Of a stretch of 32,000 nucleotides of DNA, positions 31,930 to 32,000 are shown piece after piece. The notes beneath the pieces were generated by a model that was given only the letters and a program-made list of their open reading frames with translations, did not search any database and was not told the origin of the DNA. The DNA is from Candidatus Nanoclepta minutus (lineage in GTDB: Archaea > Nanobdellota > Nanobdellia > Nanobdellales > Nanobdellaceae). The position numbers were made by a program, and so were the translations under genes. The stretch is taken from contig MWMI01000003.1 of NCBI GenBank assembly GCA_003568775.1, positions 68,886 through 100,885 on the forward strand, read 5' to 3'. The stretch's first letter is position 1, and each line of letters starts with the position of its first letter.

Positions 31930-32000
31930 AAGCCCTATTTACTAATTTAGGCAAAAATTTATTTTTATATTTTTAGGTTATATCCCTCATATATTATTAC

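Noticed and set aside
1-32000. CRISPR arrays, rRNA genes, C/D-box sRNAs, IS elements and transposases
   Set aside because: I saw no regularly spaced direct repeats. The only GC-rich structured islands are the two tRNAs. The intergenic regions lack proper C (RUGAUGA) and D (CUGA) box pairs at sRNA spacing; near-matches such as ATGATAC..CTGA at ~23946-23962 are too close together. No transposase or integrase motifs appear in any ORF.

Overview
This is an AT-rich (about 30% GC by eye, not computed), very gene-dense archaeal window. Supporting signs are AGA/AGG Arg and ATA Ile codon bias and archaeal/eukaryal-type genes: S28e, L24e, S6e, aIF5B, aIF1/SUI1, Rpp29, Kae1, a two-subunit tRNA-splicing endonuclease and AglB/STT3. 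The two-subunit EndA and the scrambled ribosomal gene strings suggest a small-genome thermophile (Nanoarchaeota/DPANN-like or crenarchaeal), but I cannot assign a taxon. I support about 36 CDS (three absent from the ORF track: partial aglB, rpl24e and a mini rpl29), 2 intronless tRNAs (Lys-UUU, Phe-GAA) and 2 pseudogene remnants (MazG-like, MTA/PNP-nucleosidase-like). I saw no rRNA, CRISPR array or recognisable transposase/integrase. Housekeeping translation genes are interrupted by accessory blocks. (i) 3.4-6.7 kb holds a type IV pilus-like locus with a split FlaJ/TadBC platform and a sequon-rich pilin-like protein. (ii) 12.27-15.88 kb holds four translationally coupled genes wedged between infB and rps6e: a wHTH protein, an AbiEii-like nucleotidyltransferase, a fused MNT-HEPN protein, and a PEP-utilising dikinase-like enzyme that lacks the PEP/pyruvate barrel. 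This is my best candidate for an undescribed toxin-antitoxin/defence-type system. (iii) 17.4-23.9 kb holds a pilin gene plus a five-gene overlapping glycan operon (ATP-grasp, HAD, PIG-L deacetylase, membrane GT2, GT-C-like). (iv) 24.1-27.4 kb holds a divergent pair of unusual fusions: a nucleotidyltransferase-like domain with a SpoT-type HD domain, and a radical-SAM/SPASM domain with a methyltransferase. Other oddities are a Kae1 with a roughly 75-aa insertion, a PAP2-dolichol kinase fusion, and several convergent gene pairs whose 3' ends overlap. All functional calls come from motif recognition by eye; no searches were run.
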